A stretch of DNA of 58,119 nucleotides from a virus (IMGVR_UViG_3300035670_000245:1-58119); one strand, 5' to 3'; counted from the first letter of the stretch, positions 7,716-17,791 are shown. Translations and numbers: made by a program. The notes: generated by a model not told the origin, from the letters alone.

Positions 7716-8642
7716 ATGCCTAGGAAGAATGGTATAGGTCTGACCGACTTAATCGATGAGTACTATCAAAGCCTAGACTACCGAAGCCTTAGTCCTGCTA
7801 CCCAGCGGGACTACAGGTACTGCCTCAATGCCCTGCTAGAGATCAAGCATAGGAACACAGTCTTTAGCAGGGCTGGAATCCAGACAATCAAACCACCCAA
7901 TGCACAGTTTGCCTACAATACCTGGGCAGAGAAGGGTGTGCCCTGGGCTAACCATTGTCAGGCAGTGGCTAGTAAGGTCTGGAACTATGCTATCAGCCTG
8001 GGGTATACAGAAGCTAACCCCTTCAGCAAGCTATCTAAAAGGCCACACAACCCCCGCAAGAATGTCTGGACTAGGGAGGATGTCAGGCTATTTCTAGACA
8101 CCGCCTACAGCAGGTTTCAGTGGCGGTCTGTGGGGCTGGTAGTACAGATGGCATATGAGTGGTGCCAGAGGCTGGGTGATATGGCTAACCTGACCTGGGA
8201 CAAGTACAATTTTGACCAGAAGGTGTGCAAGCTAGAGCAGTCTAAGCGTAGGGCAAGGGTAGAGTTACCTGCCACAGATGAACTACATGCTATGCTGGTT
8301 CAGCAGTTCGATGAGGTAGGGCACCAGAAGTATATATGCCCAAAGGTATATATGAATATTATCATAAATGATAATCCCTACAGTAAGTGTGAACTGCGTA
8401 GGGTAGCTAGGATAATCATGGATGCGGCAGGGTTACCCCAGCACTACCAGATCATGGACATGCGTAGGACAGGCACTGTCGAGATGGTCGATGCAGGTGT
8501 GCCCTTGGCACAGATCATGTCAGTCACTGGACACGCCAACCCTCAGTCGGTTAAGCCGTACCTTAAGAATACCTTAGCTTCAGCTACATCAGCGTTAAGA
8601 AATCGTTATGAATATAAACTTGCCAACGGTAGAAATCCATGA
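7716..8642 (+). CDS. int: Tyrosine recombinase/integrase
   Basis: SAM-like N-domain; catalytic QRLGD, QSK, DMRRT, VTGH and PY residues in the expected order. Confidence 0.85.
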   Translation: MPRKNGIGLTDLIDEYYQSLDYRSLSPATQRDYRYCLNALLEIKHRNTVFSRAGIQTIKPPNAQFAYNTWAEKGVPWANHCQAVASKVWNYAISLGYTEANPFSKLSKRPHNPRKNVWTREDVRLFLDTAYSRFQWRSVGLVVQMAYEWCQRLGDMANLTWDKYNFDQKVCKLEQSKRRARVELPATDELHAMLVQQFDEVGHQKYICPKVYMNIIINDNPYSKCELRRVARIIMDAAGLPQHYQIMDMRRTGTVEMVDAGVPLAQIMSVTGHANPQSVKPYLKNTLASATSALRNRYEYKLANGRNP

Positions 8643-8648
8643 TAGCCT
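8620..8648 (+). promoter_or_regulatory. Sigma70-type promoter for middle genes
   Basis: TTGCCA-N17-TAGCCT with TG extension. Confidence 0.45.
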
Positions 8649-8693
8649 ACTGCCAGGGCGCACCGAGGGTGAAGTATCAAAAGGAGAAGTGAC

Positions 8694-8960
8694 ATGAGTA
8701 TCGCAGCTATGAAGCAAGCATTACAGGCACTAGACCTGATAGACAAAGACATTGAGTGGCACGACAAATCACCGACTAGGAAATTCTGCAATCAAGCCGC
8801 ACACTTTTTACGACAAGCCATAGAGCAGGAAGAGGACGCAGTAGCGGCAGAGCGTGAGGCGTGTGCGAGGTTAGTTGAGGCCGATGGTCTGGCCCGTGGT
8901 GCAGAGGGGTATATGTTGACCAAAGCCGCAACAAGAATTAGAGCAAGGGGTGAGACATGA
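8694..8960 (+). CDS. Hypothetical modular protein
   Basis: AMKQALQAL...LRQAIEQ...AEREACA...IRARG modules. Confidence 0.7.
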   Translation: MSIAAMKQALQALDLIDKDIEWHDKSPTRKFCNQAAHFLRQAIEQEEDAVAAEREACARLVEADGLARGAEGYMLTKAATRIRARGET

Positions 8961-9544
8961 TTAAAACATGGCAAGAGCGATGCGAAGAACACCCAGACCA
9001 CGAGGGCATTGTGACTGAGCAGATGATTCGTGACCGTATGCAAGAGGAAATTGACGCACTACGCCAAGCCATAGAGCAGGCAGAGAAGCAAGAGCCTGTG
9101 GCGTGGTTTACTGATGACCACCGGGAAGACAAGTCAGCAACTACATACAGCAAAAGAATGGCTGAAAGATGGAAAGAAAAAGGCTGGCCTGTAACGCCCC
9201 TTTACACCTCACCTGTACACGCCAGCGACATATCGCAAGAACGTGTCGATGAAACGGGGAAAGAACGACATGAGCCTGTGGCGTGGATGATGATTAACCC
9301 GTCGCATCTATCAGGCAGCCGCAGTCTGCACTGGGAGCCGCAACAGTGGCATATCACCTGGGAGGCAGTGCCCCTCTATGTCGCACCACCAAAGCGTGAA
9401 TGGGTTGGGCTGACGGATGAAGCAGTTTGGTTGGAGTATCAGCAACTTTGGCCTTTCCATCCAGAAGAAGAGCCGACACTGGCTAAAGACATTGCGAAGT
9501 TTGCCCGAGCCATCGAAGCGAAGTTGAAGGAGAAGAACACATGA
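8957..9544 (+). CDS. Modular protein with EPVAW and KREWVGLTD repeats
   Basis: Two EPVAW...PLY units; ends AIEAKLKEKN. Confidence 0.75.
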   Translation: MIKTWQERCEEHPDHEGIVTEQMIRDRMQEEIDALRQAIEQAEKQEPVAWFTDDHREDKSATTYSKRMAERWKEKGWPVTPLYTSPVHASDISQERVDETGKERHEPVAWMMINPSHLSGSRSLHWEPQQWHITWEAVPLYVAPPKREWVGLTDEAVWLEYQQLWPFHPEEEPTLAKDIAKFARAIEAKLKEKNT

Positions 9545-9825
9545 ACGACTACGACAAAAGCATACACAGCAACCCAGACGCACAAGCATGGGCTAGATTT
9601 TTTATTGACACAATGGCAGAGCAAAGCTGGCGCATAGAAGACATCGACGAAGGGCTAATGACTGGGTGGTTTGCAAACGCAATGATGGCGATGCACGACC
9701 ATGTAAAGCGTGAGTGGGTTGGGCTGACTGATGATGACTATGAAGAACTGCTAGAGACTAAAGACTGGGGCGGTTCTTTAATTTACGCTGTTGAAAACAA
9801 ACTAAAGGAGAAGAACAATGGATAG
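9541..9825 (+). CDS. Modular protein with KREWVGLTD repeat
   Basis: Shares DNA repeats with the upstream gene. Confidence 0.7.
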   Translation: MNDYDKSIHSNPDAQAWARFFIDTMAEQSWRIEDIDEGLMTGWFANAMMAMHDHVKREWVGLTDDDYEELLETKDWGGSLIYAVENKLKEKNNG

Positions 9826-10213
9826 GGATAGACAATGCCCGAGTTGTGGTGGTTTTTGTAAGAGGTCTGGGTGTGAACGAGAGAATGTCAACTCACAGAG
9901 TGAACTGGCTATGCAAGAGATGGTGGCTGAGAACCAAAGGCTAGGTTTCTATGATGATGCCCCACCAACTTGTCAAGATAACCGACAGGTTGAATTAAAG
10001 AATGCTTTAGAATTACAGGAGGTTGTTAAAGAGTTCTTTAATAAGTTCCTCAACCGAGTAGAAGACAGTGACGAGGGCAAGCCCTTCAATCCTGTCATCG
10101 TTAGTTGCTGCCGTGCCCTGATGGTTCAGCCCTTGTCAGATATATTAGAGCGTATGCGTGTGCTGTCTGGTGCTAACCCTAACCCACTGTATGAGGAGAA
10201 AGACAATGCCTGA
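9818..10213 (+). CDS. Hypothetical protein with N-terminal Cys cluster
   Basis: CPSCGGFCKRSGC; coupled start. Confidence 0.65.
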   Translation: MDRDRQCPSCGGFCKRSGCERENVNSQSELAMQEMVAENQRLGFYDDAPPTCQDNRQVELKNALELQEVVKEFFNKFLNRVEDSDEGKPFNPVIVSCCRALMVQPLSDILERMRVLSGANPNPLYEEKDNA

Positions 10214-10385
10214 CATTACGATGTGCATGGGTGGAGACTGCCCACTAAAACAAGACTGTTATAGATACACAGCCAACCCGTCACCTTACTTACAGAGTTA
10301 CTTTGGTGAGATCCCGTATGACAATGAAGCAAAAGAGTGTGATAGTTTCTTAGACAACAGAATACAGGAGGAGAACAACAAGTGA
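10206..10385 (+). CDS. Small Cys-rich protein
   Basis: MPDITMC...CPLKQDCYRY; GAGGAG SD. Confidence 0.65.
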   Translation: MPDITMCMGGDCPLKQDCYRYTANPSPYLQSYFGEIPYDNEAKECDSFLDNRIQEENNK

Positions 10386-10624
10386 CCATACCCCGTGAAC
10401 GGGCTAATGCTGTGCTGAATACAGAGCAGTTTCTTATCCAGCTACTAAACCCACAGCTAACACCCAAGGTACCTAAACCCATACGCCAAATGGCAGGCCG
10501 GTTGCTGAAGCACTACCCCACTAGGTTTGACCTGGAGATGGTGCAATTGCACTGGACTAATGGCCTTATGGACTGCCCCTTCCAGCTAGACGATAGCCCC
10601 TTTGAAAGTGATGACAATGAGTGA
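10382..10624 (+). CDS. Conserved phage protein
   Basis: MTIPRER...TPKVPKPIR...LKHYP pattern. Confidence 0.7.
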   Translation: MTIPRERANAVLNTEQFLIQLLNPQLTPKVPKPIRQMAGRLLKHYPTRFDLEMVQLHWTNGLMDCPFQLDDSPFESDDNE

Positions 10625-11240
10625 TGTAAAATTAATCTGGTCTACCCCTGATGCCGAGAATCTTATTGCCTACATGGCACGGGTATCTAACCCTGAGAAC
10701 CAGGACAACCCCGACTATGAACGATTGCTTCGTTACCTAATGAAACACCAGCACTGGTCACCCTTTGAAATGGTCAATGTCTGCATGGAGATTGAAACCA
10801 CCAGGGATATAGCCCGACAGATTCTTAGGCACAGAAGCTTTAGCTTCCAAGAGTTTAGCCAACGATATGCCAAGGTAGATCTCTGGTCTTTACCTAACAC
10901 AGTACGGTTGCAGGATGAGAAAAACAGACAGAACTCTATAGAGATAGATGACCCTGAACTGCAACAGTGGTGGGAAGATGAGCAGGTGAAGGTGATACGA
11001 CAGGCTAACCAGACCTACAATGAGGCACTGAGTAAAGGGGTAGCCAAAGAGGTAGCCAGGAAGGTGCTTCCCGAGGGTCTGGTGCTGAGTAAGATGTACA
11101 TGAATGGTACCCTCAGATCTTGGATACACTATGTACAGTTGAGGTGTGGGCCAGAGACACAGAAGGAACACCGAGAGGTAGCAGAGCAATGCAAGACAAT
11201 CCTGCAAGAGATCTACCCGACAGTAATGAAAAGCCTGTAA
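10617..11240 (+). CDS. thyX: Flavin-dependent thymidylate synthase
   Basis: HWSPFE and RHRSFSFQEFSQRY signature; TQKEH. Confidence 0.95.
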   Translation: MSDVKLIWSTPDAENLIAYMARVSNPENQDNPDYERLLRYLMKHQHWSPFEMVNVCMEIETTRDIARQILRHRSFSFQEFSQRYAKVDLWSLPNTVRLQDEKNRQNSIEIDDPELQQWWEDEQVKVIRQANQTYNEALSKGVAKEVARKVLPEGLVLSKMYMNGTLRSWIHYVQLRCGPETQKEHREVAEQCKTILQEIYPTVMKSL

Positions 11241-11395
11241 CCCCTTGTCTACGGGTCTGTAACTACGATAAGGTAAGGGAAGTATGCGTTACATGTAACA
11301 GGACTAAGCAAGATCTGATAGCCTGGGGCAGTATGACAAACGAGCAGCGACTTAAACGAATGAAGGAGATTGAAAATGAAAGTTTACATAAGTAA
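11189..11395 (+). CDS. DUF1289-like small Cys protein (start uncertain)
   Basis: TPCLRVC...CVTCNRT...W..M...R pattern. Confidence 0.6.
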   Translation: MQDNPARDLPDSNEKPVTPCLRVCNYDKVREVCVTCNRTKQDLIAWGSMTNEQRLKRMKEIENESLHK

Positions 11396-11909
11396 CTATC
11401 GGTATCACTGGTACTCCCCTTATCCTCTTGTGGCTAAGATATTCAGGACGGATGACTGGGAAGATCCACGGGTAGAGAAGTGGGCTGAAAGCAGACTGCT
11501 TCAGGGAATATCCAAAGGAATAGAGAAGTTTCTAGATTTCATTCACCCCCGTATCATCTATGTCAAGATAGACAGGTACGACACATGGAATATGGATTCA
11601 ACCTTGAAGCACATCATTGTGCCTATGCTTAAGCAGCTAAAAGAAACAAAGCATGGTGCCCCTTTTGTGGACGATGAGGATGTACCAGAGGAATTAAAAT
11701 CTACCAGCGCACCTCCGAAGAAGGATGACTGGGATGTAGATGACAACCATTTCAAACGGTGGGATTATGTACTGGATGAAATGATCTATGGCTTTGAGAC
11801 TGACCCTGACCTAGAGAACATTAGCATGGAGGAATACAGAAAGATCAATGAGAAAAAGCAAAAGGGTTATTTACTGTTCGGTAAATATTACCAATGTTTG
11901 TGGGACTAA
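11376..11909 (+). CDS. Conserved phage protein
   Basis: IDRYDTWNMD...WDYVLDEMI...LFGKYY.CLWD; AAGGAG SD. Confidence 0.75.
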   Translation: MKVYISNYRYHWYSPYPLVAKIFRTDDWEDPRVEKWAESRLLQGISKGIEKFLDFIHPRIIYVKIDRYDTWNMDSTLKHIIVPMLKQLKETKHGAPFVDDEDVPEELKSTSAPPKKDDWDVDDNHFKRWDYVLDEMIYGFETDPDLENISMEEYRKINEKKQKGYLLFGKYYQCLWD

Positions 11910-11975
11910 CCTACTAAAATGTACCGTTCGGTAAACATACAGATATAACCGCTTATCCATTTTAAAGGTGCAGAT

Positions 11976-12749
11976 ATGTACGCTAATCAATTCGTCAAAG
12001 AACTGGATCTAGCTGAGGGCTACACCTACAGGGGTGACTGCCCTGTGTGTGGTAGGAAGAATACTTTCACAGCCAAGAATGACATGGGTAATCTGGTGTG
12101 GAACTGCTACTCGCATAGCTGCAAGACATCCGGGGGTACCCGTACTAACCTGACAGTGGAGGATATAAAGAGACTTATTCTCAGACAAGAGGACAACCAG
12201 GATATAGAAATATTTTCCTTACCCCCCTATGTTGTAGTGAATTACAACAATGAACACCTAGCCAATGTCTGTGATGCCTATGGTCTGAATGCGACATTGC
12301 TGGATCTCAGGTATGACATCAAGGAATCTAGGGTTGTGTTTCCTATCTACCAGAATGGATTGATTGTGGATGCAGTAGGCAGGGGTAAGGCTAACTCCGG
12401 GGCACCCAAGTGGAAGAGGTATGGCAAGGCCAGGACAGCCTATGTCAGGGGCACACACCCTGTGGCAGTTGTTGTAGAAGATGCAATATCTGCCGCTGTG
12501 GTAGAGACTCTTGGTGGCACTGGCTTTGCCATCCTGGGTACCCAACTACTAGATGAGCATGTTCAGATGCTACGGGCTTATGAGCGGGTCATTGTTGCAC
12601 TAGATCCTGATGCAGCTACAAAGACTATCCAGTACAAGCGAGAATTGTTCTCCAATGGCATTGACTCCTTCGCCATGAACCTGTATGATGACCTGAAGTA
12701 CCGGACTGTAGATGATACAGAGTCTCTTAAAAAACTATTAGCGAGATAA
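11976..12749 (+). CDS. DNA primase (Zn finger + TOPRIM)
   Basis: CPVC...CYSHSC; VVEDAISA; ALDPDA. Confidence 0.9.
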   Translation: MYANQFVKELDLAEGYTYRGDCPVCGRKNTFTAKNDMGNLVWNCYSHSCKTSGGTRTNLTVEDIKRLILRQEDNQDIEIFSLPPYVVVNYNNEHLANVCDAYGLNATLLDLRYDIKESRVVFPIYQNGLIVDAVGRGKANSGAPKWKRYGKARTAYVRGTHPVAVVVEDAISAAVVETLGGTGFAILGTQLLDEHVQMLRAYERVIVALDPDAATKTIQYKRELFSNGIDSFAMNLYDDLKYRTVDDTESLKKLLAR

Positions 12750-12755
12750 TCACAC

Positions 12756-13979
12756 ATGGAACATGCACTATTAAAGTCGTTGATGCATAAAGAATTTTAT
12801 GATGACACAAGAGGTAACCGCTGTCCCGAGAAGATCTTCAGCAAGGATCTACGCAAGGTCAAGTCCATTATCGATAAGGCAATGGATACCTACCAGCGTG
12901 ACCTATCCTTAGATGAGATCAAGGCACTATTCTTTACCGAGAATCCCACACTCACTACTGCACAGAAGCAGCAGTACGAACTGCAATTCCAGAAGATTAA
13001 AACCTCCGAGACAATCGGTGCTGATGTAGCTTCCGAGATCCTGAGCAATATGTTCAGGCAAGTTGTCGGTGAGGAGGTAGCTAACCTTGGGTTTCAGTAT
13101 GTCAATGGTGAGCAGTCAAGCATGGAACCGTTGCGTAACATTCTGGAGCAATACCAGGATGACTTTACCCCTAGCATCCGAATCAATTATGTAGACAACA
13201 GCATCGACAACCTGATTCAGTCTGCATCCAACAGCACCAAGTGGCAGTTCAATATCCACAGCCTACACAGTGCAGTACCTGGGCTGGATAACGGTATGCT
13301 CTTTGTCATTGGGGCACGGTCTAATGTGGGTAAGAGTTCATTCCATGCCAACATATGTGCTGCCCCGAATGGCTGGGCACACCAGGGTGCCAAGATCCTT
13401 GTGCTATGTAACGAAGAGAAACCAGAGCGGGTAGCTAGCCGGTACATGACAGCAGCTACAGGCATGACGATGGCACAGATTGTAGCCAACAAACCCCAGG
13501 CACACAGACTCTATGACCCTATCAAAGATAACATCAAGTTTGTCGATGCTACAGGTAAGAACATGGGCTGGGCTGAGGCAGTGATTAAGAATCACAAGCC
13601 TGACATAGTCGTGCTAGATATTGGCAGTAAGTTTGCAGAGGATGGTGCAGCTAGTAATAACCATGAGACATTGAAGGCCAATGCAATCTATGCCCGTAAC
13701 CTGGGAAAGATGTATGGCTGTCTGGTGGTGTACTGCACCCAGCTATCTGCTGAAGCTGAGGGCAAGGTCATACTGTCACAGTCTATGATTGAGGGTAGCA
13801 AGACAGGACTGGCAGGGGAATCAGACCTTATGATTCTGATTGCTAGGAACCCCCCGCTTCAGGATCAAACGGATGACGATGGTCTTCGTTATCTAAACAT
13901 TACCAAGAATAAGATTACCGGCGTACACAGAATAGTCAACTGTGAGTTTGACTACCACACTGGCGTATACTCATCGTGA
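12756..13979 (+). CDS. DnaB-like (SF4) replicative helicase
   Basis: Walker A GARSNVGKS, NEE, DIVVLD, TQLS, KNK. Confidence 0.9.
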   Translation: MEHALLKSLMHKEFYDDTRGNRCPEKIFSKDLRKVKSIIDKAMDTYQRDLSLDEIKALFFTENPTLTTAQKQQYELQFQKIKTSETIGADVASEILSNMFRQVVGEEVANLGFQYVNGEQSSMEPLRNILEQYQDDFTPSIRINYVDNSIDNLIQSASNSTKWQFNIHSLHSAVPGLDNGMLFVIGARSNVGKSSFHANICAAPNGWAHQGAKILVLCNEEKPERVASRYMTAATGMTMAQIVANKPQAHRLYDPIKDNIKFVDATGKNMGWAEAVIKNHKPDIVVLDIGSKFAEDGAASNNHETLKANAIYARNLGKMYGCLVVYCTQLSAEAEGKVILSQSMIEGSKTGLAGESDLMILIARNPPLQDQTDDDGLRYLNITKNKITGVHRIVNCEFDYHTGVYSS

Positions 13980-16033
13980 AGACCCTGATATTAGACATAG
14001 AGAATACAGTATCGAATAGAAACGGAAGGAAGCACCTAGACCCATTTGAGCCAGACAATACTCTGGTAATGATTGGGTGTAAGTGGGTGGATAAAGAGGT
14101 GTGTGTCTACACCTTTGACCATGCAGAGGTTACGAATTCGTCAGAGACTATCAACGAATACCGACAGTCTGTACAGTCTCTGCTTGATGCGGCTGATCTG
14201 CTGGTGGGGCACAACCTGTCCCACGATCTTGTCTGGTTGTGGGAGTCCGGGTTTACCTACGATGGTAAGATATTCGACACCATGCTAGGTGAGTATGTCT
14301 TACTGCGTGGTCAGAACCTGCCACTAGATCTTGGTTCTGTAGCTGAAAGATATGGCACAGTACAGAAGCAAGATACCCTGAAGGAATACTTTAAGAAAGG
14401 TTATAGCACCCGTGAGATACCCTTCATGGAGTTGCAGGAGTATCTCATTCACGACATCCATGCGACCCAGGGAATATTTGAGAAGATATATGCTAGGTTG
14501 GAGACAGTCCAGGATGAGGGTCTACAAAAGACAATTGAGTTAAGTAACGAAGTTGCTGTCGTACTGTCTCGCATATACCAGACAGGATTTAAGGTAGACA
14601 CCATTGCCCTGGAAGATGTGCGTAAAGAGTTTGAGACAGAGAAGGCAGACCTAGAGCGTACCCTAAACGAGTATGTTCGTACCCTCATGGGTGATACCCC
14701 TATCAATCTCAACAGCCCAGAGCAGCTATCCTGGATTGTGTTCTCCCGTAAACCCAAAGACAAGGCAGCATGGGCCAAGGCATACACACCCTACATGCCT
14801 GATGCAGACTTCAAAGATGCAGTCAAGCGACACTTCATTACATTGTTTAAGACCAAGGCAGTACAGTGCCCGACATGCAAGGGCTTAGGTTCCATACAAA
14901 AGGTCAAGAAGGATGGCTCGTTATTTAAAAAGAGTAGTAAGTGCAGCGATTGCAGCGGGGGTTATAACTTCGTACCAACGAAAGAGGTTGCTGGTCTTAA
15001 GTTCACGCCGCCTTCTGTTAAGTGGGCCAGTGCCAACGGATTCGGAACTGACAAAGGGAACCTGGAGATATTGGAACGGGTTGCCACCAGTAAGAGTATG
15101 GAAGAAGCTAGCCGATTCCTGAAGGGACTAAGAAGACTCTCTGCCCTAGATAGTTATCTAAGTTCTTTTGTGGGTGGCATATCCGATTACCTAAAGCCCA
15201 CAGGTTTGCTACATGCCAAACTGAATCAGCACATTACAGCTACGGGTAGATTCTCTGGTAGCAACCCTAACTTCCAGAACTTCCCACGGGGTAAGACCTT
15301 TCCAATCAAACGGGTATTCGTATCCAGGTGGGAGGGTGGCAAGATTATGGAAGCAGACTTCGCACAGCTAGAGTTTCGGGTGGCTGCATTCCTTAGCCAA
15401 GATCCAGTGGCTATGAAGGAAGTGTCTGAAGGTTTCGATGTCCACAGCTACACCGCTAGGATTATCACAGAGGCTGGGCAGGAGACTTCCAGGCAGGTAG
15501 CCAAGACCCATACCTTTGCCCCTCTGTATGGCGCTACAGGCTACGGTAGAACCCCTGCTGAGGCAGCGTACTACTCACACTTCATGGAGAAGTACAAGGG
15601 CGTAGCAAAGTGGCACAAGACCCTAGCTACCCAGGCTATAGGGTATAAGTACATCAAGATACCTAGTGGCAGGGAGTATGCCTTTCCGAATGTACAAAGG
15701 AAGAGAGACGGGTCAGTTACTTTCTTTACCCAAATAAAAAATTATCCGGTGCAGGGTTTTGCTACGGCAGACATTGTGCCCCTGGCTTTGGTGGAGATCT
15801 TTAATAGATTGAAACCGTACAGTAGTTGTGTAGTAAACTCTGTGCATGATTCAATCGTTATTGATGTGCATCCAGAGGAAGTAAATAAAGTTGTAGAAGT
15901 AGTTGACAGTGTGCAAGAAGATCTGATAGGCTTGATTAACAGTCGATGGAACATAGATTTTAATGTCCCGCTTGCACTGGAAGCAAAGATAGGTGTAAAC
16001 TGGTTAGAACAAAACGAACTTGAAAGGAAATAG
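13976..16033 (+). CDS. polA: Family A DNA polymerase with 3'-5' exonuclease and DnaJ-like Zn-finger insertion
   Basis: DIEN, GHNL..D, TGRFSGSNPNFQN, DFAQLEFR, RQVAKTHTFAPLYG, NYPVQG, VHDS; insertion CPTCKGLG...CSDCSGG. Confidence 0.95.
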   Translation: MKTLILDIENTVSNRNGRKHLDPFEPDNTLVMIGCKWVDKEVCVYTFDHAEVTNSSETINEYRQSVQSLLDAADLLVGHNLSHDLVWLWESGFTYDGKIFDTMLGEYVLLRGQNLPLDLGSVAERYGTVQKQDTLKEYFKKGYSTREIPFMELQEYLIHDIHATQGIFEKIYARLETVQDEGLQKTIELSNEVAVVLSRIYQTGFKVDTIALEDVRKEFETEKADLERTLNEYVRTLMGDTPINLNSPEQLSWIVFSRKPKDKAAWAKAYTPYMPDADFKDAVKRHFITLFKTKAVQCPTCKGLGSIQKVKKDGSLFKKSSKCSDCSGGYNFVPTKEVAGLKFTPPSVKWASANGFGTDKGNLEILERVATSKSMEEASRFLKGLRRLSALDSYLSSFVGGISDYLKPTGLLHAKLNQHITATGRFSGSNPNFQNFPRGKTFPIKRVFVSRWEGGKIMEADFAQLEFRVAAFLSQDPVAMKEVSEGFDVHSYTARIITEAGQETSRQVAKTHTFAPLYGATGYGRTPAEAAYYSHFMEKYKGVAKWHKTLATQAIGYKYIKIPSGREYAFPNVQRKRDGSVTFFTQIKNYPVQGFATADIVPLALVEIFNRLKPYSSCVVNSVHDSIVIDVHPEEVNKVVEVVDSVQEDLIGLINSRWNIDFNVPLALEAKIGVNWLEQNELERK

Positions 16034-16034
16034 T

Positions 16035-16937
16035 ATGAGCGATCTAGTGACCCTCAATGATAGTGCCAACTTTGCAGCAATGGCAGCAGCTATGGGTATG
16101 AATGCAGATGTAAAGAAGGAAGGTAAGAAGTCAGCCTTGGCCCGGTTAAAAATTGACCACTCAGGTGTGATGGGTGAAGAGGAAATCAAGGGCAAGCTGA
16201 AGAAGGTACAGGTAATTGATGCTGGTAACTACTGCCTCAGTGTACCGTCTGGTGATGCAGACAAGAAAGTTTATTGCAGTGCCCCTTTGATTCGCCTGTT
16301 CAATCAGCGTTTTATGTACAAGCGTTTCATCAAAGAAGGTGACACAGGCCGGTTCGTCAAGACCCTGATGGCTACGGATCTTAAGGCTGATCTCCGGGAC
16401 ACAGACGGTGGCTTTAACTGCGGTAAACCGGGAGGCTGGGTTGAGGATTACAAGGCACTGCCCGAGGACATGAAGAACCTGATCAAGTCCATCAAGCGTG
16501 TGCGTGTTTTGTTTGGCACAGTGACCATGCCTGATGCAGTTAATGAGGATGGATCACCTGCTGATCCTGTTGTTGATGTCCCGTTCATCTGGGAAGTAGA
16601 CAACAAGACTAGCTTCAAGGATATGGGTGCCCCGATTACCCAGCTAGCGAAGAACAATCGCCTGCTGCCTCAGCACAATATCCTGTTGTCTACCAAAGAG
16701 AACCCCCTGCCTAACGGTAGTGCATTCTGGACTGCTGTCCCAGCCCTGGATCTCTCGGTGACCCTACCGCTGACTGACAAGGATCAAGAGATCTTTGCTT
16801 CATTCAACCAGTGGATCAAAGACTACAACGAGTATGTAGCTAATGCACACAAGGAAGCACAGAACCTTACAGAGGACGATGCTTTGAAGGATGTAGTCGA
16901 TGAGTTTGTAGACGTAGAAGTACAGGAAGCTGCCTAA
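16035..16937 (+). CDS. Probable single-stranded DNA-binding protein
   Basis: Follows PolA; acidic C-terminal tail; position-based inference. Confidence 0.55.
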   Translation: MSDLVTLNDSANFAAMAAAMGMNADVKKEGKKSALARLKIDHSGVMGEEEIKGKLKKVQVIDAGNYCLSVPSGDADKKVYCSAPLIRLFNQRFMYKRFIKEGDTGRFVKTLMATDLKADLRDTDGGFNCGKPGGWVEDYKALPEDMKNLIKSIKRVRVLFGTVTMPDAVNEDGSPADPVVDVPFIWEVDNKTSFKDMGAPITQLAKNNRLLPQHNILLSTKENPLPNGSAFWTAVPALDLSVTLPLTDKDQEIFASFNQWIKDYNEYVANAHKEAQNLTEDDALKDVVDEFVDVEVQEAA

Positions 16938-17791
16938 TGAATCACCCTGCCGAGATTAAAGTACACCAGTACCTGTCCAATGTACAGGCCGGTGAGGCTA
17001 CACTGAGTGATGAGGTCATTGACCAGATCACCACAGATGTACGCAATGCCCTGGTGAAACAATTCTCTAAGAGAGATAAAAACTTTCGATTGAGAATGTC
17101 TAATATCGGCAGGGATTACTGCCAGCTATGGTTCGACAAGAACGATCCAGATGCAGCAGTGCCATTCTCTACAAACTTTATCATCAACATGATGATAGGG
17201 GATATTGTAGAGGCAGTCTTCAAAGGGTTGTTAGTTCAATCGGGTGTGTCCTTCACCAACGGTGAGAAGGTTGTATGGGATCTAGGATCTGTCGCAATAG
17301 AGGGCACACCCGACCTCATTATGGATGGCAAGGTAGACGATGTTAAGTCTGCTAGCCCCTGGTCTTACGAAAATAAGTTTAAAGACTACGCCACATTGGC
17401 AGAGAAAGATTCCTTTGGTTATGTGGCCCAGCTTGTAGGATATGCCGAAGCTGCCAAGGTACAGCCTGGAGGCTGGTGGGTAGTCAACAAAGCTAACGGC
17501 GAGTTCAAGTATGTATCTGCTGAAGGTGCCGAGGTTGCACCTGTTGCGGAGAATACAAAGGCATTAGCCGCAAAGCTTGCGGAGAATAAGTTTGAACGGT
17601 GCTATGAGGCACAGGAAGAAACCTACCGCAAGAAACCTACAGGCAACATGATACTAGGTAGGGATTGTCAATGGTGTAGCTACAGATACAAGTGCTGGCC
17701 TGGATTGAAAGAGATGCCTAGCCTTGTGTCCCAGGCTGAAGACAAACCCATTGTTGCTTATGTAAAGATTGACGAGAAGTATGCCGTATAA
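16937..17791 (+). CDS. PD-(D/E)XK exonuclease (Cas4/RecB-like)
   Basis: RMSNIG..C, GTPD, DDVKS, GYVAQL..Y, CQWCSY..KC. Confidence 0.8.
   Translation: MNHPAEIKVHQYLSNVQAGEATLSDEVIDQITTDVRNALVKQFSKRDKNFRLRMSNIGRDYCQLWFDKNDPDAAVPFSTNFIINMMIGDIVEAVFKGLLVQSGVSFTNGEKVVWDLGSVAIEGTPDLIMDGKVDDVKSASPWSYENKFKDYATLAEKDSFGYVAQLVGYAEAAKVQPGGWWVVNKANGEFKYVSAEGAEVAPVAENTKALAAKLAENKFERCYEAQEETYRKKPTGNMILGRDCQWCSYRYKCWPGLKEMPSLVSQAEDKPIVAYVKIDEKYAV

Noticed and set aside
16937-17791. Cas4 as evidence of a CRISPR system
   Set aside because: Cas4-like PD-(D/E)XK exonucleases are routine in phage replication modules
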